Shown here piece by piece: positions 28,873 to 39,552 of a stretch of DNA of 64,000 nt. Location of the stretch: contig CM007991.1 in NCBI GenBank assembly GCA_002189035.1, positions 4,030,001 to 4,094,000 on the forward strand. Direction: 5' to 3'. The number at the start of each line of letters is the position of its first letter. Position 1 is the first letter of the stretch. This stretch comes from Utricularia gibba. Lineage: Eukaryota; Plantae; Magnoliophyta. The notes beneath the pieces are model-generated. The model had not been told where the DNA came from. It worked only from the letters and a program-made list of their open reading frames with translations, and did no database searches. Both the position numbers and the translations under genes were made by a program.

Positions 28873-29669
28873 AATCATGAAACAAGTGTAGCGCGACGCC
28901 AGTCCCCACGTCGCCGTGCTCCCGCCCCTTCAGGTTATTATCAAAATGTGGGAGCTACAAGATATACAATCAATTTGGTTCTCATTCGTTGATGATTGTT
29001 TGGATTTTCTCTAGTTTTTGGTTTTCCAAATTTTCGATCTTGGCGTTGTTCCCGTATATTGCAAGAATGTGAATTTATGGATTGGAGTTTCATTTGGAGC
29101 CTTACGTACTCTTTCACCGTGGTTTCGTTGATTACTGGGGGTTCGGAATTGTTAACTGTGAATTACGTCAAGGGCTCAATGTAGAATGGTGGAGCTTGAA
29201 TGTTGTAAACATGTATTGCTCTGAATTTGCCTCAGGTTCTCTGTCGCATGCCAGTACATTGTAGCCCATATATCAATTCTTTGGCATCATAGTACAGGCT
29301 CGTGTTTCAGGGGCACCCTTTGGGTTCCTGCATCCTCTTGCCTGTCTCCAATTGCCACTACATTTGTATATCCCCACATTCTTCACTATCACTGCAATCT
29401 TGTTCACTCGGATTAAGATTTTGTTGTTCAGATACAAAGTGTCATTTGGCGTGTTGCCTTATCGTAGACATTCCTTTGAGTTGCCTAAAGAGATTGTCAT
29501 TTGCTTATTTTTTTTTTCTCTTCACCTTCTTGTGCATAACTGCTTAGAAAGAGGCTTGTTGCATATTGTCCTTGGCTAAGAACTTTGTTCTTTATTACAT
29601 AAAGTATATGCCAACTAAAGGGAAAGGAATATCAAGGAGAATCTTGGTACCTGGACACTCGTAAGAAAT

Positions 29670-30414
29670 TTAGATGCTCTCGTGGAAGTTAGCTGATCTT
29701 GATGAAGCTGCTGGATTTGCCATGAGAGCAGCCATCGATCCATCCATGGTTCTACTTCTCTTACTATAGGGATCAGTAGCCTGAGAGAAACCAGCAAATG
29801 GCATCATCTTCTCATTCTTGATTCCCATTGTATGCCATACAGAACTATTTGCTGCTTCAATGGGATCATCAATCTTCATCGGTGGAGCTTTATCCTTAGA
29901 AGCGCAGTGTGATTGAGACAAGAACAACCAATAAAACAAATGGCTTAGAAAATGGACATGGAAACAATGACTTCGGAAGAGCCTGGAATAGTGAACTTTA
30001 CTTCATCTTTTCCTTGATCTTGGGCTAACATCCATAATCTTTTGCAGGTCTTTGCCTTTATGTTGTTACTACCCACAGGTGGAAGACTTTTGCTTTTGGA
30101 TTTTTGCTCATTTCCACCAGTGAGTTCAAATCCATCGTCCTGCGAAACCAAAACTTGAATCAGAAACAGAGCCTCCCTCCTCGCCCTTTGGATCAAAATG
30201 TTCTTTTTTTTTTACAGCTCGCAGGAAACTAACTCAGCCCATGACCGTCAAGAGGGCGAAGGGGTTAATCTTCACAGTATCCCAATTCAGAAAGAAAGAA
30301 ATTCAGAGTGATCTACAACCTTCCCATTTTGTTGAACTGCTCCAGTCTCTGAAACATCTGCATCGCCGATCCCGCGAATAGCTTGATTGAAGAATCATTC
30401 AACGCCTTGGGCAT
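29670..30414 (-). pseudogene. CDF (Cycling Dof Factor)-like gene lacking an intact Dof zinc finger; microProtein or pseudogene
   Basis: N-terminal MPKALNDSSIKLF (cf. DPAIKLFG). C-terminal exon MKIDDPIEAANSSVWHTMGIKN...LMANPAASSRSANFHESI* (cf. LRIDDPxEAAKSSIWxTLGIK...NPAALSRSxxFxE). Where the Dof domain belongs there is only KSLPPVGSNNIKAKTCKRLW. A probable extra GT-AG intron at 30001-29895 joins in frame. Exon 1 phase does not fit the best acceptor unless 1 nt is added near 30372-30378. Confidence 0.72.
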
Positions 30415-30838
30415 TATTGATCAGATTGCTCGGATCACCGTGCGGCTCCGCTCCCCCCACATCGGTTCTTTATTCAGAGGGTCGGTGGGGTCCACAACGC
30501 CGGCGCAATCTTTAAGTTCGTGGATGTCCTCCGCCGAGTCCAGATCCGCCTACCCCCGATCACTGACACGTGCCGGGAATGGGACCATCACCATGCTTTT
30601 ACACGACGGATAGACGTCATCATCCACGGCCATTGTTGGTTCCCATTTCTTGATCCCACGGCTCCCCTTGATCGGTCTCCCCTCACCACAGACAAGCTTG
30701 TCGTGTCCTAAAAATCTCGTGTCTTAGGCTTCACATTTGAGGAAATTTGCTTTCGTGGTTTGTAAGCGAGTCAAGCGTGTGGTTGGTGTGTTGCTTTTGC
30801 TTGCTTTGTGTGGAGCAGTAGTTAACTTGGTCGGAATT

Positions 30839-31873
30839 CTAAAGAAAGATGGATTGGATGGTTGGTCGGAATTCTAATCTTGAAGCACAGTAATTGATTT
30901 GGATAACCGGAGCTTCAGATGGATGCCGCCGTTGGAAGTAGAGCTGAAGTCTGGGAGTGGAAGCCTTGAAACAGGACTCGTGGGCCGCAGCCGCGTCCGC
31001 GGGGAAGACAGGACACGCGATGAACTTGGAGGCGGACGTGTCCACGCACAGGTAAACCTGGTAGAGCTGATAGTTCCCCTGTGTGTCCACATTGCATTCT
31101 ACGTACGGCAAGTACCCCAGTCCTTGCTGAATGGCCTTCCTTATCTGGTTCACCCCGTAAAACTCCCCTGGAATAATTCCTATCATGCCAAAGAGACACC
31201 CAAATCTGAGTTGGAATGAGTACTCAGAAAATGCGCTAAGGTTTCCTGTCTGCACCTGCGGTTTTGAGTGTTGTGAGAAGATTCGCTTTGTCTCTGAGGT
31301 CGAGGGCGGCCTGGAAGTAAGCGTGCTGATTCAGGGAGGAGCAGGTGCCGTGCTTCTGCCACTCGTGTCCCCAGAAACTCATCCCGTCGGCAGACGGACA
31401 CGCCAGTGTCGGCCATTCCGTTCGTAGCCTTGGCAACAGATCTGATATCTGGAGTCCAACACCACCAGGAATACTTGCAATTAGCTGCATTGCGACATCA
31501 AAAAGAGAAATTCCACTGACCGACCTGTTTCGGGTCTATCCTATCGCCCTGCCGGCAATTGTCCGGGTACTCGCCGGAGTTGTAGTCGGGCCAAAGGCCG
31601 TGGATAGTGAAATCTTTAGCTGGGGTTCCTGCCGTCGGCAAGCAGCAACTTTGCGTTGTCTCGCAAAGGGCCGGCGGCCACTGCACAAGAAAAGAAAACG
31701 AGCCACCGTCCCACCGGTAAACTCAAGAGTCGGAGATTTTCTAGACATTGAACCAATGACTTGCAGGTTACCTGCTGCACCAAGTAGAAGAAATCAAAGC
31801 TCGTAGAAGAGCAGATTGTGGATGACGACAGCAGCACAAAAAGCAAAGACGCGAGTCCCTCCCTTCTCTTCAT
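30839..31873 (-). CDS. Ribonuclease T2, class I (RNS1/RNS3/S-like), copy A, 4 exons; apparent 1-nt frameshift near the C-terminus
   Basis: Signal peptide, FDFFYLVQQWP, CAS I FTIHGLWP, CAS II FWGHEWQKHGTC, YQLYQVYLCVD, IACPVFP. The conserved ending RGRGCGPRVLFQGF lies in another frame (stop 30915-30917). As read, the ORF runs on to 30839. Confidence 0.88.
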
Positions 31874-32692
31874 CACTGCGTTTCTATCCAAATTCCAACC
31901 CTACGCTGCAACACCACACAAGTTTCCGTATTTATAGGGACTTAGCCTATGATTAGTTTCAGTGAAGTAAATAGAATATTATTAGAATAAACACTTATAT
32001 TTGATTAATTTTAAATTGAAAAAAATTGGAATAATATATTTGACCATTCAATTATTTTTAATTATTATTTTGCAAACAAATAAATAAATTATTCTGTAAA
32101 TATGTAAGGATTGGATTGAGTTATTCATTTTGTAGACCTCTTATATTGGGCATGTTATATTTCAATAATTTACTGAATTAATTCTGTTTAATTTTTAAAA
32201 ATTCTAATTTTAATCATTTTATAATAAAATAAAAAATTTTGATCATATGATTAACTTCCTAAATTATTAAATTTCTCAAATTTCTATTTTAATGATTAAA
32301 TAATAAATTAATTATAAAAATTATATTATTAATTTTTTATCTTCTAAAAATATATTTATATTATAATATTATTAAAAATTATAATATATAGTTTATGTTA
32401 TTAAATTTTATATCATCACATAAAACAGTTTTATAATAATAAATTAATTTTATTAATATAATTTTAAAAATAATTCTATTTTACATAATTTTAAACATAA
32501 ATAGTAGTTTCACTTTGTATTTTATTGTGTTTGTTTATTTTGCATTGCATTTATTGAAAAAAATAACAATACAAAATACAAAGTGAAAGCACAAGCTTAT
32601 TGTGGCAAGGCTTGATGTGATTGGACCGAGGTGGCCGGAACCTTTCCTTATTGGCTATGGCGATCCGTGAAGTATGGTGACGACGACGTCGT

Positions 32693-33771
32693 TTAAAAGG
32701 AGGGGAACGATATGCTTGAAGGGCAAGGTCCCTCGGTTGGGAAAATGGGGCAGTCGATGAACTGGGTACCGGAATGGTCGACGCAGAGGTAAACCTCGAA
32801 CAATTGCTCGTCGCCGTAGGAATCCTTGTTGCATTGGATATACGGGAGATGCCCAACTGCACTCTGTATCGCGCTTGTCACGCTGCTCAGACTGTAGGAA
32901 TTGCCATTGGGTTGGATTCCTGAATCAAAAGGTAATGGTCGTTGGTAATGTGTAATCGCGGGGTTTAGAGTTGGAAGACTGTCTCACCTGCTTGCGCGAG
33001 AGCTTGGAGGAGGTTGCTTTGGCTTTTCAGTGTCAGGGCTGCGTTGAAGTAGGCGTGCTCATTCAACACCGACTCCGAGCATGTCCCGTGCTTGTCCCAT
33101 TCGTGCGTCCAAAAGGATGTGTCGTCGCTGCTGGGGCAGGAAAGGGAAGGCCATGCGCTTTGCAGTTGGGTTAACAGGTCTGAAATCTGCGTATTCTCTC
33201 AAGGTGTTAGATTATTCGCTTCAATGGCGGGTAGTGGTTCATTGAAATTGTGGTTACCAGAGATGGATCAAAAGGGTTGCTGGGATCGCAGTTTGAGGGG
33301 TATGTGCCATCATTGTTATTTGGCCAGAGGCCGTGAATTCCGAAATCCGATGGTGGCTGCCCTGTTGTGGGGTAGCAGCATCCTTGGCTAGTGTCACAGT
33401 ATGATCCAGGCCACTGTAGTCATCATCAAACTCAACGTGACTTTCTGTAAACTGAACCATTGGCCCTTTTTTTTGTTTTGTTTTGACAGCCATATTACGA
33501 GCAGCAATTGCTTATTATACCAGAGAAAAAACATGTCGACACCGAGCAAAAGAACTATTACGAAGGCTGATGGTTTTTCTTTGTAAAATGCTAGCTCAAT
33601 TCCATGTGTATTTACTTCATGTGCCAATGAATGACTGTGAGACTGCTTATTATGAAAAGAACTCATACATACCTGTTGAACGAAGTAGAAGAAATCATAA
33701 CCCTGTGCAGCGGAGAGAAGAGCAAGAGACTGCAAGAGAAGCAGTCGTAGGAGCAGGGAAGAAGATGACAT
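32693..33771 (-). CDS. Ribonuclease T2, class I (RNS1/RNS3-like), copy B, 4 exons, intact
   Basis: MSSSSLLLRLLLLQSLALLSAAQGYDFFYFVQQWPGSYCDT, FGIHGLWP, FWTHEWDKHGTC, QLFEVYLCVD and CPIFPTEGPCPSSISFPSF*. Confidence 0.93.
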
Positions 33772-33903
33772 GTTTATTCTTCTTCTGATTCTTCACTGTT
33801 ACAACAAAGCTTGCTCATTTTATAGGCGGGAGCCATCCAAAACTCAACAATGGCATTCCCTTCTGATCATTAAGAGGAGGTGGAAGCAGGTGGACTTTGC
33901 CAG

Positions 33904-33911
33904 GCATATTC
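33904..33911. promoter_or_regulatory. P1BS (GNATATNC) phosphate-starvation element upstream of RNase T2 copy B
   Basis: gcatattc at 33904-33911, ~80 bp upstream of a TATA box (ctataaaat on the minus strand at ~33817-33825) and ~133 bp upstream of the ATG. Confidence 0.55.
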
Positions 33912-35253
33912 CCAGAGCTTGAATGCATGCGGTACGGTCAAAGCTTGATGGTCGCGCAGTATACATTATAGACAGAAAGTTCTTCCCGAGACTAGGGTGA
34001 AAATCAAATGCTAAAATTCCAAGTTTCTTTGGACAGTTAAGGAGTTGCATTCTGTACCAGTTAGACTCGGTGTTGCATTTAAAATAAGGATTTTTTTTTT
34101 TCATTCTAAAAATAGATTATTGCCCCAGGCCCATTTTCGTAATAAATGCATCTGTAGGCAGGGATAATGGTGTTAGTGAATGTTTCAAAATATGTGATCC
34201 AGACCTATGTTTTCAAATTGGTATTACAAACCGAACCGGGACTGATTCGGTTCAAATTTTGGTTTTGATAATTTAAATCCAGTTTAGATTTGATCGATTT
34301 AAAAAAGATGATAATTTTAAATAAAAGTAAACTATAATAATGATAACTTGCTAAAAACCGGACAGGTTTGAAAACCCAGATGTAGACTCAAATTTTATGA
34401 TTTTTTTATAAAAATTAAAAAAAAATCTGCTTTTAAAATAGTACTTTTAGTTTTCTTGTATTAATTATTAAGGTAGAAGAAAAATGGTTAGAGAATGAAT
34501 TCTAAAACGTGAATTGAAGGTACCCGTGACTAAAACCGAGCCCGAGCGAAGCCGCGTTCAGACTTGGTAAAGGTATGAACTTTCGTAGAGGGGTTCTTGG
34601 CTGCGCTACAAGTTCGCCGAATTCGTCGCCTTTGTTGATTTTCGGCCGTTTTTTCTTCCTCTTTCCGTAGGTGGGTTTCGTTGGTTTGGTCTCTCTCTCT
34701 TTTCCTTTTCCCCCTTTTTTTCGTGCAGCCATGTTTCTTTTAATTAGGGTTTGTTTTGTTCTGATCTGCCATAGATTGGGTATTAGTTGCTTGCTTGATT
34801 CTTGAATTGCAGAAAATTTCTGATCTCGCTGCAAATGGCAGCGTGATCAGCGGTTTCCTACCTCTTTTGTTTTTATTGTTATTGAGGGATTAGAAATTTA
34901 GTTTTCAGCTCATTTTGTTTATGGGCTTTATTGGTTGGGTGGACACTTTTGGATTGCGTTGGTGGATCCTGTTTTGTTGACCCTCGTAAGGTGGGTTCTT
35001 TTATTTATTTTTGTTAAAGATTCCTTCGTTGCTTGTTCGACTCGTCTGGAGTAGAAAAGGGAAATTTGCATTTCCTGAAACTTTTTTTTGAAGTCATTTC
35101 CCTGTTATTTATCTTTAATTATTGTGAAGTGGCTTAAGTTTGTTTTGTCTTGAGATAGCTCCTTTTCATATGTTGTGTTCAGGGATTTGTCTCTTGTTAT
35201 TACTGTTGATTGTGGTGGAGGCCGTTTGAAGAGCTTTGCAGTGTGTGGCGAAT

Positions 35254-37069
35254 ATGAATCTCTTTTCAAAGCCTCAATTTATTGAGCCTGACCAGCCAGG
35301 GTCATATGTAAAGAAGCCTGAACTGGCTGGGTCCTCATCTGGGTGTTCAGTAGAAGACGGGAAAGTGGTGATCGTAGTGGATAATGAGGCTGGTGAAGAA
35401 ACTCCCTTGATTGGAATTGGGGAGTGCCGAATTTGTCAGGAGGAAGATTCCCTCAAGAATTTGGAAAGCCCCTGTGCGTGCAGTGGGAGTCTTAAGGTAG
35501 CATCTTGTTTTTATGCATACAGTGTTTATTCGAGCATTCCATTTTTATGTTTCAGTGTTTGTACTTTTCTGGATGTTATATGCTTATCGTGTTTTTGATA
35601 ATTGTTATATACTTAGCGTTTTTGTTTTCTGAATTCTTTGTATGCGTCCTGTTCTTTTTCTGACTGATGTATATTTCCTTTTCTCCCAGAATCAAAAGCT
35701 TCTTCTCTCTTAATTTCATAATGAAAAGTATAAATTTATAATCTATCTGAAGCCCATATTGTTGTCTTTAAATTTTCTCTGCTCATCCAATTTCTGATAC
35801 ATATTGTTTCACAGTATGCTCATAGAAAATGTGTTCAGCACTGGTGCAACGAGAAGGGTGACATTACTTGTGAAATTTGTCATCAGGTACAGTCATTCAG
35901 CTTTTGTTTAAGCGTCCTGATTTCTGATCCTCTTGCTTCTTATGGAAGGTTATTATGCCTCTAACTTTTTCGTGGCCTTTGTTGATCATTTTACGAAAAC
36001 TGATGTCGTTCATGTTGTGCCAAGGAATTTCCGTTATGATCTTTCTGAAGTTTTTTTACTCCTTGTTTACATAGTAAAATATGCAAAATATCATCGAATG
36101 CAGTGCACCACTTGTTTGACCTTAACATTATTTTGACGTGTAGGTATATCAGCCTGGTTATACTGCTCCTCCACGCCCCCCTTCTGATGAAACAAACATA
36201 GATATTGGGTGAATTAATATGTCTTATTTATGTATTTTGTTTGTGAGTGTGTGTGTGTCTAAGCTTCTGTGTTTTATGATATATTTGACCTCTAGCGTCA
36301 GACCTATAGATTCCTTCCCTTTCTGCTTCCAGGGGAGTATGGCAGATTTCTGGTACCCCATTGGATATGAATGATCCCCGTGTTCTTGCAATTGCTGATG
36401 CCGAAAGACATTTATTTGAGGCTGACTATGATGATTATAATGGTAGCAGTAGCAGTGGTGCCGCATTTTGCCGTTCAGCTGCCCTTATTGTAAGTTATTT
36501 TTCCTGCATATTGAGGATTTCGTTGTTCTGTTGCTCTGGATATAGGTTTCTTTTGAATTTGCAAGTAATGTTATTTTTTTTCTTAGTTGATGGCTCTCCT
36601 GCTAATGAGGCAAGCAGTATCCATCACAGATGATGGAGATACAGAAGGGGAAGATGGTGCTGCAACGTTCTTATCAGTAAGTGATCAACCAACCGTTTCA
36701 TTGCTTTCTTATCTCTTCACTTGCATGAACTCGCTTTATTCCTTTACGACACAGCTATTCTTGCTTCGAGTTGTTGGCTTTCTTTTGCCTTGCTACATCA
36801 TGATGTGGGCCATTAGTATCTTACAGCGCCGAAGGCAAAGACAGGTACTTGTGAATTCTAGTCAAAATTGCCTATGAGCCATCAGGATGATGCCTATTCT
36901 TTTGCAACAGGAGGCAGCAGCACTGGCGGCCACGCAGTTTGCAATTGTTGTTCAATCTGCACAAACCCGAGGCCTTCTTGTTGCCTCATCTGCCCCAGCA
37001 GTAACTCCTCTGGCCACTCCTACGCATGCCACTTCCTCTCAAGTGCCTCCTCAGCTGGAAAATGCTTGA
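35254..37069 (+). CDS. RING-CH (MARCH-type C4HC3) membrane E3 ligase with DUF3675-like region, 7 coding exons
   Basis: ECRICQEED...ESPCACSGSLK|YAHRKCVQHWCNEKGDITCEICHQ|, GAAFCRSAALILMALLLMR, LLRVVGFLLPCYIMMWAISILQRRRQRQEAAALAATQ. The exact start codon is uncertain. Confidence 0.9.
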
Positions 37070-37970
37070 TCCACGTTCGTGATCAGAATCTCATATCCAA
37101 GGACCACCTAGTCCAAAAGTTAGTAGCCGAATCAAATGTTTGCAGTGAGTGCCGTCATTCCCTAACGTTCAGAACGTCACCATGTGATAATATGTATGTA
37201 TATATACTCTGGCGGACCTCACCCTGGTGGGCACTGTCAACTAATTTTACATTATGTATCATTGCTAAGATACCAGGGATCAGGAGCTGCTGTGTACCCA
37301 TGTGATTCTTGTACCCTTACCGTTGTTAACTCATCTTCTTTCTTATTTTTCTCTTGGCGAAGCATCATGTTCTTGATCCGTTTGTACTCTTTGGTTTGAC
37401 TAGCAGCTAACTAGAAACGCGGTGGTCAACCCTATGAGTTTGCATTACTGGTGTGACAAAATCAAAACCATTTAATTTTGTTTCAGGATATGACTCGGCT
37501 GTTTGCAGCTGCCTGTTTTCAATTATCATCTTGATGGGATAAGGAAGAAGAGGGTATACGTGTGCTGCATATCACCATCCATGCACAGGGTTACTGATAA
37601 ACCGGGAATGGGATCTTGTTTCTTATGACTGGTTGTGATTCCTGCCATGTGAAATGGTTGAACAGACCATCAGCTTGCGATATTCTCTTCGATAAAGCCA
37701 TATTTTTGCATATCTGCACATGCACTCTACGCCACACAAGCTGCATGAGCACCGAAAACTCACTTCCAAAATGCTGATCAGATTTGGACCGCCCCACAAT
37801 CTCTGTCTTTGATACTGTAGAGTACGGACGCACGCTATGGACCACTCCGTTGGGGATCCATAAAGGTCATTGTTGAATCAAGAAAGCTTTGAAGCGTCCG
37901 AGTGTGAACGTGAAGTCATTGTCTGAACTCTTGTTCTCTTCTTTTTGTTCCCTCCCTGCAACAAAAAAAA

Positions 37971-39158
37971 ATGTTGACACCTGTTGTTTCCCCACGTTGT
38001 CCAACCCCCAAGAGAAGCGCTCAAAACAGCACCGTGGTTTCTCCGTTAACTGATGGGGAAGAAGAGAGCAAGAGATGCGACCAGGAGCTCGACATTTTCG
38101 ATGCCGAGAGGTACTTCAAAGAGGATCTGAATCCTGCTGCTGCTGTTCCTGATATTGGTGGTGGTGGTTTTGATTGTCGGAAGAGATTATCGCCATCCCT
38201 TCTTGCCAACAAAAGAAAGCTGCTGCCTTCGATATCCGGCGCCAGCGTTTCTTCAGGATCAAGTATCAATAGCAGGAGCATTTTGCTTCATACAAGAAAA
38301 TCAGACAGGAAGACGATCGTTGACTCCGCCGCCGTGATTTTCGGAAGATGTTGCTGTACAGGTGAGACGCTTCTGTCTCCTTTAAACTTGGGTTGGTCAA
38401 AATGGAAAACGACGGATTCGATCTTGTCCAAAGCCACAGTTCTATACAACGTCAGTAAGTCATTTTCGTTGGTGGATGCGCAGGCACGAATTCTGTTGAG
38501 ACTTTGACCGGAAAGTCCAGTAAGGGATCGGGGACGAAAACCCATGTCGACTGTTTAAGCAGCAAGATGGAATACAGATTTCAAGACCCGAAGTTGAGAA
38601 TGAACTCCTGCCGCTATTTCAGCTTCCCAACTCAGAATCCCACCACCGGAAATCAAGCAGACTGCGTGGGGATACGCCGGAAAATACGGTCTCATGTTCC
38701 AGAGCATGAGAAGAAACCTGCAATCTCCGCGGGGAGAGTGAAAGTGATTCGAGTTCCGATTTATTCGAAATTGATATCCTTTCCACTGGGAACGGATTCT
38801 CAACGCCCCGGAACTGTTACGCGCCCAGTGAAGCGAGTATACAGTGGAGTATCATCACCGCAAGCGCCGCGGAGATCTCCGTCGCATCGGACTCCGACAA
38901 GCTTACACACAAACCAGGATTCAAGCCGACGGCCAAGCCCGGAGGACCAAAAAGCTTTCTTTCAGGTTCGTCACCTCAAGCAACTTTAACAAGGTTTAGA
39001 AGACAGAGACTCATGCTTATTAACTTTCAGGCTGCAAGAGTGACAAAGCAGTTGGGGTTGTCGAAGACGCACACAAAGAGCAGTCTTTGAGAAAGTCACG
39101 AGAAGAGAAGCAACACCACACGCAGAAGCACAATCCTTCGGTGCATTACACAATATGA
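37971..39158 (+). CDS. PKS: PHYTOCHROME KINASE SUBSTRATE (PKS)-like protein, 3 exons, with an apparent internal 1-nt frameshift
   Basis: PKS motifs in order: ELDIFDAERYF, SVSSGSSINSRSILL, FGRCCC|TG-TNSV, YFSFP, SDSSSDLFEIDIL, CYAPSEASIQWSIITASAA, LSG|CKSDKAV. Introns at 38362-38483 and 38966-39030. Frame change between FSFP and SDSSSDLFE at ~38690-38715. Confidence 0.82.
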
Positions 39159-39552
39159 TTCTGTGACAATTCTGCTCATGGATTCATTTTCATTTGTTTC
39201 TGAAGTATATCATCGAGGTTATAGTATCAAAACTGACCTGAAAACCGAACCAGAAACCAACCACAGAACACTCTCAATGTTTACCATCAGGAAGAATCCA
39301 AAATCAATAACAGATAACTTGAAAAACAACAGTAAGCACAGGGTATTGCATCTCAGAGCTCACGAACAAAGTAGAGAGGGGGGATAAGGTGTTCCAAAAA
39401 AAGTGTGGGTCTGAATTTCAGGCTGCAAACTCGAATCTAGTATACAACAATACGCCACAAGGAAACATCTTGATATTTACAACTCATCAATCTCCGCATG
39501 AAGCCGAGTTAGGAATGTAAAGGCAAAACCTTTTGTTCATGAGTACTATCAA

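Noticed and set aside
30839-30900. YCASRLEFRP in the as-read RNase A tail resembles the CGxxIEFP ending of RNases
   Set aside because: The Cys spacing matches copy B only in the shifted frame (CPVFPRGRGC), and no intron could bring this motif into place. Treated as coincidence.
34834-34845. Minimal uORF ATG GCA GCG TGA in the RING-CH leader
   Set aside because: Whether this segment is exonic is unknown without cDNA.
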